This document shows positions 18,201 through 24,600 of a DNA stretch of 41,343 nt, one piece after another. Each line of letters opens with the position of its first letter. The first letter of the stretch is position 1. This DNA comes from Synechococcus sp. GTDB taxonomy: Bacteria; Cyanobacteriota; Cyanobacteriia; PCC-6307; Cyanobiaceae. Below the pieces are notes generated by a model that was not told the DNA's origin, searched no databases, and saw only the letters and a program-made list of their open reading frames with translations. A program made the position numbers and the translations under genes. The DNA is taken from positions 1 to 41,343 of the forward strand of contig JBJTWS010000082.1 of NCBI GenBank assembly GCA_046081905.1. Direction: 5' to 3'.

Positions 18201-20154
18201 GAACGATATCTTCCTGCGTTCTAATTCCCCGATCACGGCATCTGGTGGAGCGGCCGGCGCGCTCACCCTCCAGGCGGGACGAAGCATCACCCTCAATTCC
18301 AGTATCACCACCAGTAATGGTGACCTCATACTGTTGGCTAACGACCCGGAAATCAATGCTGATCCTGAAAGCCTGGCCTTTCGAGATGCAGGTGCTGGAT
18401 CCATCCTTCAGCTCAGCGGTACCAGCATTGATGCAGGCAGTGGCACGGTCACTATGCGAGTGGGGTCATCGGTACCTGGTGCGGAGGCCAGCACAATCAG
18501 CCTGGCGCAGGTTACCGCTGGCAGTATTGATCTAGCAGGGCCAACAATTGGTCTTTCTGGCGCCAAACTCTTCACTCCGGTGGCGGGGGGGGTGATCAAG
18601 ATGGATGCAGATTCCCTCACGCTGTCCTCAAGTCTGCTTGATGCTTCGACTCTTGTTGGAGACGGTGGCCTCATTCAACTGGATGGTGGTGTAACTACGA
18701 TCGGGGGCAGCGTAATCACTGCCTCCAGCACGGATCCCAGTGGGCGGGGGGGCGTGGTTGAGGTGGGTGTGAACTCCGCGGCCCGTGTCCCTCAGCTGAC
18801 TATCACTTCATCAGACCTGCTGGCTAATGGTGTTCTTGATGGTGGCTCGATTTCCCTGGATGGCGATCAGATCACGATCTCTGGTGGTGTGATCAATTCC
18901 TCCGCTACTGGCGATGACCCAGCTGCAACTGGAGGCAGGATCAGAATTGGCAGTTTTGACGATGACGTTACGGTAATTGGCTATCTGCCGAATGTGGTGA
19001 ATCTGAACAATGCCACTCTGATTGCTGATCCCCCTGCGGTGGGTGGTCTTCTTACGGTCAATGGTGTCACAATCAATGTGAACCAGTCCTTGTTTAATGT
19101 CACCGGCTCCACTGGTGGCACCCTTCAGGTTGGATCTCCTGCTACCAGTGTCTTGGCCTTCGGATCAGGCTCCACTCAACTACTCGGCGGCGTTGATGCG
19201 AGTTACACCTTGCAAGGCACAACGATCTTTGGTTTTGAAAATGTTCGTGGGCCTTCTGGAGCCTCAATCAAGACTATCGGTCAGGTGGTGGGGCCTCCTG
19301 CGCCAACACCTATACCATCACCAATACCAACCCCCACTCCTATTCCTGCTCAGCCCTCTCTCTCTTCTCCGGCACCCACATTTGGCGTAATCTCTACCAA
19401 CGTGGTCGTGCCGACTGAAGTCCCGATAGGGATGACAGTTCCTCTGTTCTTGGCGTCTCCGCAGTTGGCGGAGCTTGTGGCCCTTGTCTACAGCCAGGAA
19501 CCTCTGCAGTTACAGCAGGAACTTCTCGACTATGCCGCTGTATTTAGTCAGTCGTTGGTGTTTTCCCAGCAGGTCAGCTTCAGCGAACTAGTAGCGCTCT
19601 CTCTCAATACAACAGACTTTTTCCTGGGTGGAGATCCCCTGCTTGGGGCGAATGGCGTCTACCAGTTCACGGCCGAGGATTTTGCCTACGCCGACATGCT
19701 TGACACACAGTCTTCCTTCTCAGTTGATAGTGATCTCAGCCTCGACGACTCGCTCGATTTTCTTCTGCAGCTCGATGATTACCCATCTCCGTTCGCGGAT
19801 GGCTCCGTTCTTTTCCCTGCAGACCCATCCGAAACTCGTCTGGCATTGAAGCTGGTGCTGGATCTGGGACTCGAGGGCTTTGTGGCCAACAGCCTTGATT
19901 TCTCCTCGGATATACGAGTGGGTTTCTCCACTTTGTTCATCACTCCAATTACGCTTACGGGTGCTGAGGCGGCTGCTCTCTTCGCTGAGTCAGAACAGCT
20001 GGCTCAGGATTATACTTCCGAAAAGCTTGGCCTAGAAAAGAAGAATGATGGTAAAGCACCAACAGCGATCGAAGTGCAGAGCCTGCTACAGAAAATCCAG
20101 CAGTTTGTGCGTGGCCGGCAGTCGACCGGCCCCGCCCAAGGAGGGGGATCATGA
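9220..20154 (+). CDS. Giant TpsA-like filamentous-haemagglutinin-family exoprotein (TpsA1, ~3640 aa) with a GAVTW repeat array and no CHAT domain
   Basis: Signal peptide (LALGLLGSLLLATPSQA|D) and TPS-like domain (NLFHRFAEF...NLFWLSPGGI). Beta-helix repeats GG.GG.I, then GGLIEVSG...GSLLLDPKNIII. WD..DAGAVTW..NSLVG repeats, a Pro-rich linker and an acidic C-terminal region follow. Start uncertain (ATG 9220 or GTG 9253). Confidence 0.92.
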   Translation: MTGAAGGKGSAVIGAWGSGSRSGRWCPAHSLAPLALGLLGSLLLATPSQADVAGAGGARSLGTRVNGVDGGRCGSGLCGVSGGTGSGSNLFHRFAEFDTRGGRIHGVSIDSSGYRNVIVGVIHPQGSFIDRTVALTSAGNLFWLSPGGIQISGAGGFQGVSQLNLSTATGLRVGGFVFDALSTTALQAAQLSGEPLAGRAGLVTDPATLAEMGLLSNGDLSISGGLLTVDQGLLLDAQGGNVLLQAAGLQVPGGSVELAGRNVALTDSTVDVSSTTGSGGSIAVSGETVNLTRSVLDASGGLGGGSISLDAVQEVSLQGSDLLARGGGGSAVELQDQVVVTTEDARTAASMEDSTATGTYEGDEVASPPVPPSSEEPTMEEPVAAPVPLPARNVSGSLAEGDPAQGGSIQIEAETVLITGGSINASGTDGSGQVTQTDGLSDSWTLGPAAGSVSLQGRGGSVAIEGTSVLQGGTINAAGSSGGSVSIMAGDLVSGAPIFTPGIAGQGGDIRLLAERSILQTTSSALDASGLDGGGLIHLQAGTDLLVSGMLRAVGEGATAEGGLLEVSSGGKVSLLAASLDAGGGGGGGTIHVGGGFQGAALEGGGTNASVALVNGYTSLKANARQSGNGGTIVVWSEQSTDFYGSAEAMGGSLLGDGGLIEVSGRESLVFGGVADASAPNGAPGSLLLDPKNIIIDASGVGGFSYSIENIILPDGDSRVSLIETFLADSRILVSDLSASFAGVSGAAYFFDGSTGALLGALYGVEEFGEGDTILGSGLASSKLFLFSPYADVAGVADAGALTWVDLSPVGSSTPSIRFVDGSSIAVIGSSISLVGGSTGDFSGYSLEGAYAGADSALNGSIYNYLVLTPGWDGAGIIDVGAVTWIEGASGQLSGGKNGALIGTGHSLVGSNTGDFASPYLRDLDQQADYNRLILTPLWDNALQVDAGALTWINSNNGLLADGATGGEITASRSLLNTGSAIYNLNSVDEDGTIFVDNTYQFYTVRDDFFEGGGSVLVYSGGWDAGSEVDAGAITWMDGRSGGLVDGNSGGLISSLNSLVGSSTGDLSIYEGSADQGSYYFYYYAYIDRRDGTLPGDGAPLPVSTVLLGLPSWDGATASDAGAALWLNLDASTGVARLADGSPAAGVIGTGNSLVGSSSNDQIGQSGTQLSLYSQDFANGRLLLLNPNWDNATLADTNSGVIAVDAGAVTWLNPFTGALADGSSAFGAISSANSLVGTSTNDRIGSSVEEVYPQENFNFSPYVLLTASGWDNGAVAPDAGALLWIRGSDGSLAQDATSTVAPPPAVGNVSPSTALVGSSAGDGVGAGLNFLYGPYDSELLAYPTPNLLLATPSWDNGSIVDAGAVTWISLDTGRLSNGAPALGFLGSANSLVGSSAGDQIGSRVEASYAYQDDAPQNPLIVAPGWDGPSAVDAGAVTWISRDTGKLATGAGSFGSISSLNSLVGSSTGDQVGQKSVTLTNFFTGRGGPVTVALLTPDWDAGSTAPDAGAVTWLDLRNGIFASGSAAVGAVSASNSLVGRSAGDAIGASYSLQFNIDSGASLALLSGGWDNPETSAADAGAFTWMNGVTGNLADGSTPAIGAISNLNSLVGTSMGDRVADANLTDQSSNGMLLRMPSWDLTGPILSLSIVFESSGVGVGGTTFFADGEYILLSDVSIISLNGDGGLDPTFRLIGPGGAIDPSVINFDNVGPNEPFNASFFNVPQGTYSVEVTMPAAAGAASSSSGFFVTLSAPAQESVGLIAADAGAVAWVNLSNGSLGDGSLAIGDLSSANAFVGTSSGDQVGLAYDSDLIGSPFWDDPNGNIADVGALTWLNLATGQRSDAGVLIGALSSSNSLVGGSSGDRVGAFSSTQSNVSGEVVESYLVQAPQNNGTRLLGSPDFDGSGIADSGAVTFLDVIQGRLVNDQLIEGILGPSNSLLGATVGERFGVLAISGPGEQSMVFDANEGVLLHSPGWDAGSVEDAGAFAWMRTIDGQLSDGTFSGVIGSSNALLGSTAGDTADLGATNIFGNNLAFFPNWHDPTSGLSVGAMAWVSGSTGALANQASGGTIESVALRGAMAGDFDGYSTLSLGGNALVFTPGWDNGPIIDAGAMTWVNMSNGQLTSNLDASPVTFETLGASVSLVGSASGDFSGFTLENVGGGSAVLLTPMWDQGILEDAGAATWLQGATGQLAGTQGPILGTIGPERSIVGSASGDFASASLLTVGSNRLIFTPFWDDGVRQDVGALTWIDSAMGLLSDASSAGNIGTGISLVGTSTGDLFDIGLRSLSAGPVLISTPRWSDGVQTDAGALTWMNTSNGLLADGSSGGAIGISNSLLGTGYRPGDSTDLFYAINEFSFVAEDGSSGQSLLIYSQYLNPDYSSAVAIDSGRGALTWMDAGTGRLVNGSSGGFIDSLNSLVGSAAGDFRPERDSYLPCTLCGFFTPSQIYAEFNLIRSGSQVLVRSPFLDLGTLSNVGAVTWIDMATGRLGDGITLASGVLGSANSLVGTGANEFYGSRFLGLQPQFYDTDDRQGWYFGSNPVPELDRIVVRSPDALINGNPGAGAVTWIDLAHGLLATGAPVVGVVGSTNSLVGTSSGDALGEEYTRLTGDSSSWNLSFETPNWDNGVATDAGAVTWIQGNTGQFALGLAGVGPISSANSLVGSSSNDEIGRNLRLLGQVRSDSFGSYGSSVAYISSGWDNGSATDAGAVIWMNGFNGQLANGASAFGVVSSANALVGSTSGDGIGSFTEDVGYSSSGSGVNLLLLSGEWDNGSLVDAGAVTWIKGSTGQLMNGEAAIGPVSATFSLVGSQTGDRLGGDYLTFGSIFNFGEGPSESSYGRNVLLISPDWDAGEVQDAGAVTWISGSTGLMVDDTGTGVVSFSNSLIGNSAGDRVGSSVVKISDDRLEPNAFLVNGPGATDPGTGNPTNTSMSIENRIVQDVTISSRPPLSILPDSGDSGVINSAFLVGTDPGINVTILPGAITSIVSTGTNVTLQAANDIFLRSNSPITASGGAAGALTLQAGRSITLNSSITTSNGDLILLANDPEINADPESLAFRDAGAGSILQLSGTSIDAGSGTVTMRVGSSVPGAEASTISLAQVTAGSIDLAGPTIGLSGAKLFTPVAGGVIKMDADSLTLSSSLLDASTLVGDGGLIQLDGGVTTIGGSVITASSTDPSGRGGVVEVGVNSAARVPQLTITSSDLLANGVLDGGSISLDGDQITISGGVINSSATGDDPAATGGRIRIGSFDDDVTVIGYLPNVVNLNNATLIADPPAVGGLLTVNGVTINVNQSLFNVTGSTGGTLQVGSPATSVLAFGSGSTQLLGGVDASYTLQGTTIFGFENVRGPSGASIKTIGQVVGPPAPTPIPSPIPTPTPIPAQPSLSSPAPTFGVISTNVVVPTEVPIGMTVPLFLASPQLAELVALVYSQEPLQLQQELLDYAAVFSQSLVFSQQVSFSELVALSLNTTDFFLGGDPLLGANGVYQFTAEDFAYADMLDTQSSFSVDSDLSLDDSLDFLLQLDDYPSPFADGSVLFPADPSETRLALKLVLDLGLEGFVANSLDFSSDIRVGFSTLFITPITLTGAEAAALFAESEQLAQDYTSEKLGLEKKNDGKAPTAIEVQSLLQKIQQFVRGRQSTGPAQGGGS
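11450..17950 (+). repeat. About 28 imperfect 60-90 aa coding repeats (DUF5650/FG-GAP-like) in TpsA1
   Basis: Manual count of 27 GA(V/L/x)xW-type cores plus one degenerate first unit (SGAAYFFDG). Most are followed by NSLVGS..GD. Confidence 0.85.
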
Positions 20155-21419
20155 ACAGTTTGAGTTCCAGATCTCAGGTGCCTTTTCTCTGGGCCCTGCT
20201 GGCAGTCGCTACCATAGCCCCTGCTCTGGCGGAGCCCGCAGCACACACTCCTCCGGCATCAATTACGGCGGCATCCCTACCCCCGCCCGCGATGTTCGAT
20301 CGAAACCTCTACACTCCAGCGGCAATCCGCCTGAGCTTTACCACTGCATCCTCTGCTTTCCAGACCCAGTCCTCTTTCCTCGATATCAGCCTCATTCTTC
20401 CCCAGGGGGATGTGGTGGGACGACGAGTCCCGATCTCTGTGGAAGATCTGGCTCCCCTGCTGCGCGATCTCTATGGCCAGCTTGCCCGCCAGGATTCTCT
20501 TCAGGTTTCCGACGCCCGCTCCCCGGCACGTCAGCTGTTCGATCTTCTGATCCGTCCAGTGCTGCCGGAGTTGCGGCAGGCGGATGTCACCACCCTGCTT
20601 CTGTCTGTGGACAGCGGCCTGCAGGCGATTCCCTTCGGCGCGCTGCATGACGGTGAGCGGTTCCTCGGGGAATCGATGGCCTATTCCCTCACGCCCTCAA
20701 TCGGCCTGATGCCCCTCGATGTGCCCGATGCCGTGGTGCCGGATCGGGTGCTCTCGGCCGGCAGTGCCCGCTTCGAGGGCTTGGCCCCGTTGCCGTTGGT
20801 GCCACAGGAGCTTGAGAAGATTGCCTCCCTGCTCCCGGCGGAGCAGTTCCTCGATGCGCGCTTCACGCCCGAGGTGCTGATGTTCAATGCCGGAGATCCC
20901 TCGATTCGCAAGGTTCATGTAGCCACCCACGCGGAGTTTTTTCCCGGAGGACCCGATAAAGCGCGCATCTACTCCGGTACCGTCCCGATTGCCTTCACAT
21001 CCTTCTCCTCCCTTCGGCAACGCCGGGATGAGGATCCCCTGGATTTGTTTGCGCTGAGTGCCTGCCGCACGGCCTTAGGCGATAAGGACAGTGAACTGGG
21101 TTTTGCCGGCCTGGCCCTCCAGGCTGGATCCCGCAGTGCCGTGGGCACCCTCTGGTACGTGGATGATGTGGCCACCTCGGCTTTTTTCGTGCAGTTCTAC
21201 CGCTATCTCCAGGCGGGGATGCCTAAGGCTGAGGCCCTCCAGGCCACGCGGCAGGCGTTTGCCGCCGGCCAGGTGCGCCTCCAGGGCGACCAGGTGGTGG
21301 GGCCTGATGGCTTCGTCTTGCTGCGTGGCCTCACCACCGCGCAGCAACGCAGGATCGCGGCGGGCGTGCAGCATCCATACTTCTGGGCCGGCATCCAGCT
21401 GCTGGGCACTCCCTGGTGA
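20151..21419 (+). CDS. Stand-alone, signal-peptide-bearing CHAT (caspase-like clan CD) protease
   Basis: ATGA overlap with the TpsA1 stop. Signal peptide FLWALLAVATIAPALA|E. Motifs LQAIPFGALHDGERFL, catalytic HVATHAEF (His codon 20928), LSACRTALG (Cys codon 21063), LWYVDD and HPYFWA. Confidence 0.94.
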   Translation: MNSLSSRSQVPFLWALLAVATIAPALAEPAAHTPPASITAASLPPPAMFDRNLYTPAAIRLSFTTASSAFQTQSSFLDISLILPQGDVVGRRVPISVEDLAPLLRDLYGQLARQDSLQVSDARSPARQLFDLLIRPVLPELRQADVTTLLLSVDSGLQAIPFGALHDGERFLGESMAYSLTPSIGLMPLDVPDAVVPDRVLSAGSARFEGLAPLPLVPQELEKIASLLPAEQFLDARFTPEVLMFNAGDPSIRKVHVATHAEFFPGGPDKARIYSGTVPIAFTSFSSLRQRRDEDPLDLFALSACRTALGDKDSELGFAGLALQAGSRSAVGTLWYVDDVATSAFFVQFYRYLQAGMPKAEALQATRQAFAAGQVRLQGDQVVGPDGFVLLRGLTTAQQRRIAAGVQHPYFWAGIQLLGTPW

Positions 21420-21489
21420 TTAGCTGCCCCTGCGGACGCCTGGGCTGAGAACTCGCTGAGAGCAGGCCTTTTCCACAGGCTGGGGGCCC

Positions 21490-21503
21490 GTAGCTTTCGG
21501 TAC
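21490..21503 (+). promoter_or_regulatory. Candidate NtcA box (GTA-N8-TAC) upstream of TpsA2
   Basis: GTA-GCTTTCGG-TAC in an AT-richer intergenic gap. TAN3T hexamers lie 18 nt (TAGCAT) and 24 nt (TAATTT) downstream, neither at the usual ~22-nt spacing. Confidence 0.35.
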
Positions 21504-21613
21504 TTCCTCAGGCAGCAATAGTAGCATTAATTTGAAGGTTAGTGCTGAAACTTATGCGCCTCGGCCTCCCCGGTATCAGCACAGGCGATTCCACCGCAAA
21601 TCCGGCGACGTTT

Positions 21614-24600
21614 ATGCGAGTAGATCCGCCCTGCGAGGGCACTGATCATCGCTCTCCCCCCCAGGGAGATGCCACCCAGAGACTTAGGTTATGGGCCTTC
21701 ACCCTCGGTTTGGGTCTTGGGTGGCCTCTGCTCCTGGGCGTAGCACCACCGGTCCGTGCCGAGGTGCGGGGCGTGGAGGGGGCCCGCAGCCTTGGCACCG
21801 TGGTGAACGGCGTTCGAGACGGCAGCTGCGACAGTGGCCTCTGCGCCGTGAGCGGTGGCACGGGTGCCGGCGGCAATCTCTTTCATCGCTTCGGCGCCTT
21901 CGACACCCGGGGGGGGGTCACCGGGGTGCGGATCGAGTCCGGGGGTTACAGCAATGTGTTGGTGGGGGTGATTCATTCCCTTGGCAGCTTCATTGATCAG
22001 CCGGTTTCGCTGAGTAGCAAGGGGAATCTGTTCTGGCTCTCACCGGGCGGCATCACGATCAGTGGTGCCGGTGGCTTTCACAACGTGCAGCATCTGCAGC
22101 TGAGCACGGCCACCGGCCTCCGCTTGGGAAGTGGGCTGTTTGATGTTTTCGGCACCACGGCGGATCAGGCAGCCCTCCTTTCATCTGAGCCCTTGCGGGG
22201 TAGTGCGGGGCTGGTGAGTGACCCGGCCACCCTCTCCGCCCTCGCGCTGGAGCGCAATGGCGACCTCACTCTCTCCGGTGGCCTGCTTACGGTGGAGGAG
22301 AGCCTGCTGCTGGATGCCCAGGGCGGTCATGTGGTGCTCCAGGCGGCTCAGGTTCTCCTGCCCGGCGGGCAGGTGGACATTGCGGGCCGTGAGGTCAGCT
22401 TGGAGAACAGTCAGGTGGATGTGAGCAGCGCTGCTGGTCTGGGTGGTAGCGTCAAGGTGGACACGAAAACGCTCTCCCTGGCCGGCAGCCGGATTGACGC
22501 GAGCGGCGCCATCGGTGGTGGTGAGGTTTCGCTCGTGGCCTCCGGCATCCTGAGCCTGCAGGACGGAGAGGTTGCTGCTCGTGGAACCGTTCCTCCCATC
22601 GAAACGGAGCCGAGCCGCCCGCAGAGCATCGATTCGGAATTGTCCCCTGGTTCTGCTGTGGCGGAGTCTCTGCCGGAAGCCAACTCCATGGGGCGGGGAG
22701 GCCAGGTGGAGATCATTGGGGCAAGTGTGGTGCTGGCTGGAGCGATTGACGCTTCCGGCAGCCAGGGTGGCCAGGTCACGGTTAAGGCCAGCAGCCAGCT
22801 CTTCAGCTCTGCGCCTGTTCAGGTGGAAGGTACGGCTGGGAGTGGTGGTTCGATCACACTCCATGCCGGTGGCAATGTTGTCCAGAGCGTCCAGTCGGAG
22901 CTCAAAGCGAGCGGCAGCACAGGTGGTGGCACCATCCGCGTGACTGCGGACCAGAATCTCTTCAGTTCTGGCCGCTATGAAGTACTTGGCACCGGTGATT
23001 CTGGTGTTGGTGGACTGGTGGAAGTCTCGGCACCGAGCGTCACTTTGCAGGGAGCGCACCTGGATGCCAGCGGCAAAGCTGGCGGCGGCACTCTCCATGT
23101 GGGCGGGGGCTTTCAGGGGGCAGCACTCACCTCCGGGGCTGCCAATGCCCAGATCAGTACGATCACCTCCTCCACTGTGCTCAAGGCAGATGCCGCCAGC
23201 TGGGGTGATGGCGGCGAGGTGGTGGTGTGGTCCGAGGAGGTCACATCATTCTCCGGCCTTGTCAGCGCCCGTGGTGGGGAGCTTGGAGGAAATGGTGGTT
23301 TGTTGGAGGTGTCGGGGAAGGAACTGCTTCAGTTCAGTGGTGAAGCGGATGCAGCTGCCCCACTCGGGACGCCCGGCACGCTCCTTCTGGATCCGAAGAA
23401 CATCATCATCGACGCAGCAGTGTCTGCCGAGCAGGTGGGCTACAGAGTTACCGATCTGGTGGATCCCAATCCTCAGACGAATGACGGCTTTGGCCGGTCT
23501 GTGCTGGTGCTTCCCAACGGTAACATCGTTGCGCTGGACCCGCTGGATGATCTCGACCCGCTTGCGGCATTCGATACTGGAGGGGTTTATCTCTTTGATG
23601 GATCGACTGGACAGCTTCTGTCATTCTTGCTGGGAAGCACCACTGGCGACAGTGTTGGCAGCAATGGTGCGATTTCGCTGGGCAGCAATGGGAACTATCT
23701 GATTCTGAACCCGTCCTGGGATGCGGGAACTGCTACGGATGCTGGGGCCGTCACCTGGGTGAATGGGACCACGGGTCTTCTCGCGGATGGCTCTACAGGC
23801 GGGGTATTGAATTCTGCGAATTCCCTCGTTGGATCCACGGCCGATGATACTGTAGGCGTCTCTTTTGGAGGTTTTGGATATACAGCTGTATACGTTCTGC
23901 CAAGTGGAAACTATGTGGTTAGCTCCAGTCGTTGGGATTCACTCGATGGAGTTATTGATGTGGGTGCCGTGACCTGGGGTGATGGAAGTCTTGGGATTAC
24001 AGGCACGATCAATTCGGTAAACTCATTGATTGGCGCCCTCCCAAGCGATGAGGTTGGCTCCGACGGAGTTACGGTGCTGTCTAATGGCAACTACGTAATC
24101 AATAGTCAATACTGGAATCTCTCCACCAGTATATCTTTTGCTGGTGCTGTAACCTGGGCGGATGGATCGGTAGGGATAAGCGGTGTCGTGAGCTCTGTCA
24201 ATTCTTTAGTTGGCAACGCTCATAATGACATCGTCGGGTGGGCTGTTGGGAGTACAGTTATCCCTTTGGAGAATGGAAACTTTTTGGTTGCCAGCCCTTT
24301 CTGGGATGGTGGAGCAACAGATGTGGGAGCTGTGACCTGGGTGGATGGGAGTAATGGCCGCACCCTGGATGGGAATGCGGGAGGATTCATTGATTCCACC
24401 AATTCTTTGGTTGGAAGCAGCTCTTTTGACCGTATTGGTACGAGCGTGGTCACGTTGGCCAATGGCAATGCAGTGGTTGTCAGCCCCGGCGCCAGCATAG
24501 GGGGCGCTGTGGCTGTGGGCGCCGTCACCTGGATCGATGCCGCTGTTGGACTTGCGGGGATCGTGTCTGAAGTCAATTCTCTCGTGGGCTCTTCGGATTT

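Noticed and set aside
20100-20320. TpsA1/CHAT1 boundary as a sequencing frameshift
   Set aside because: CHAT1 has an ATGA overlap, a purine-rich RBS-like stretch and an extra signal peptide absent from fused TpsA2, which a single indel cannot explain.
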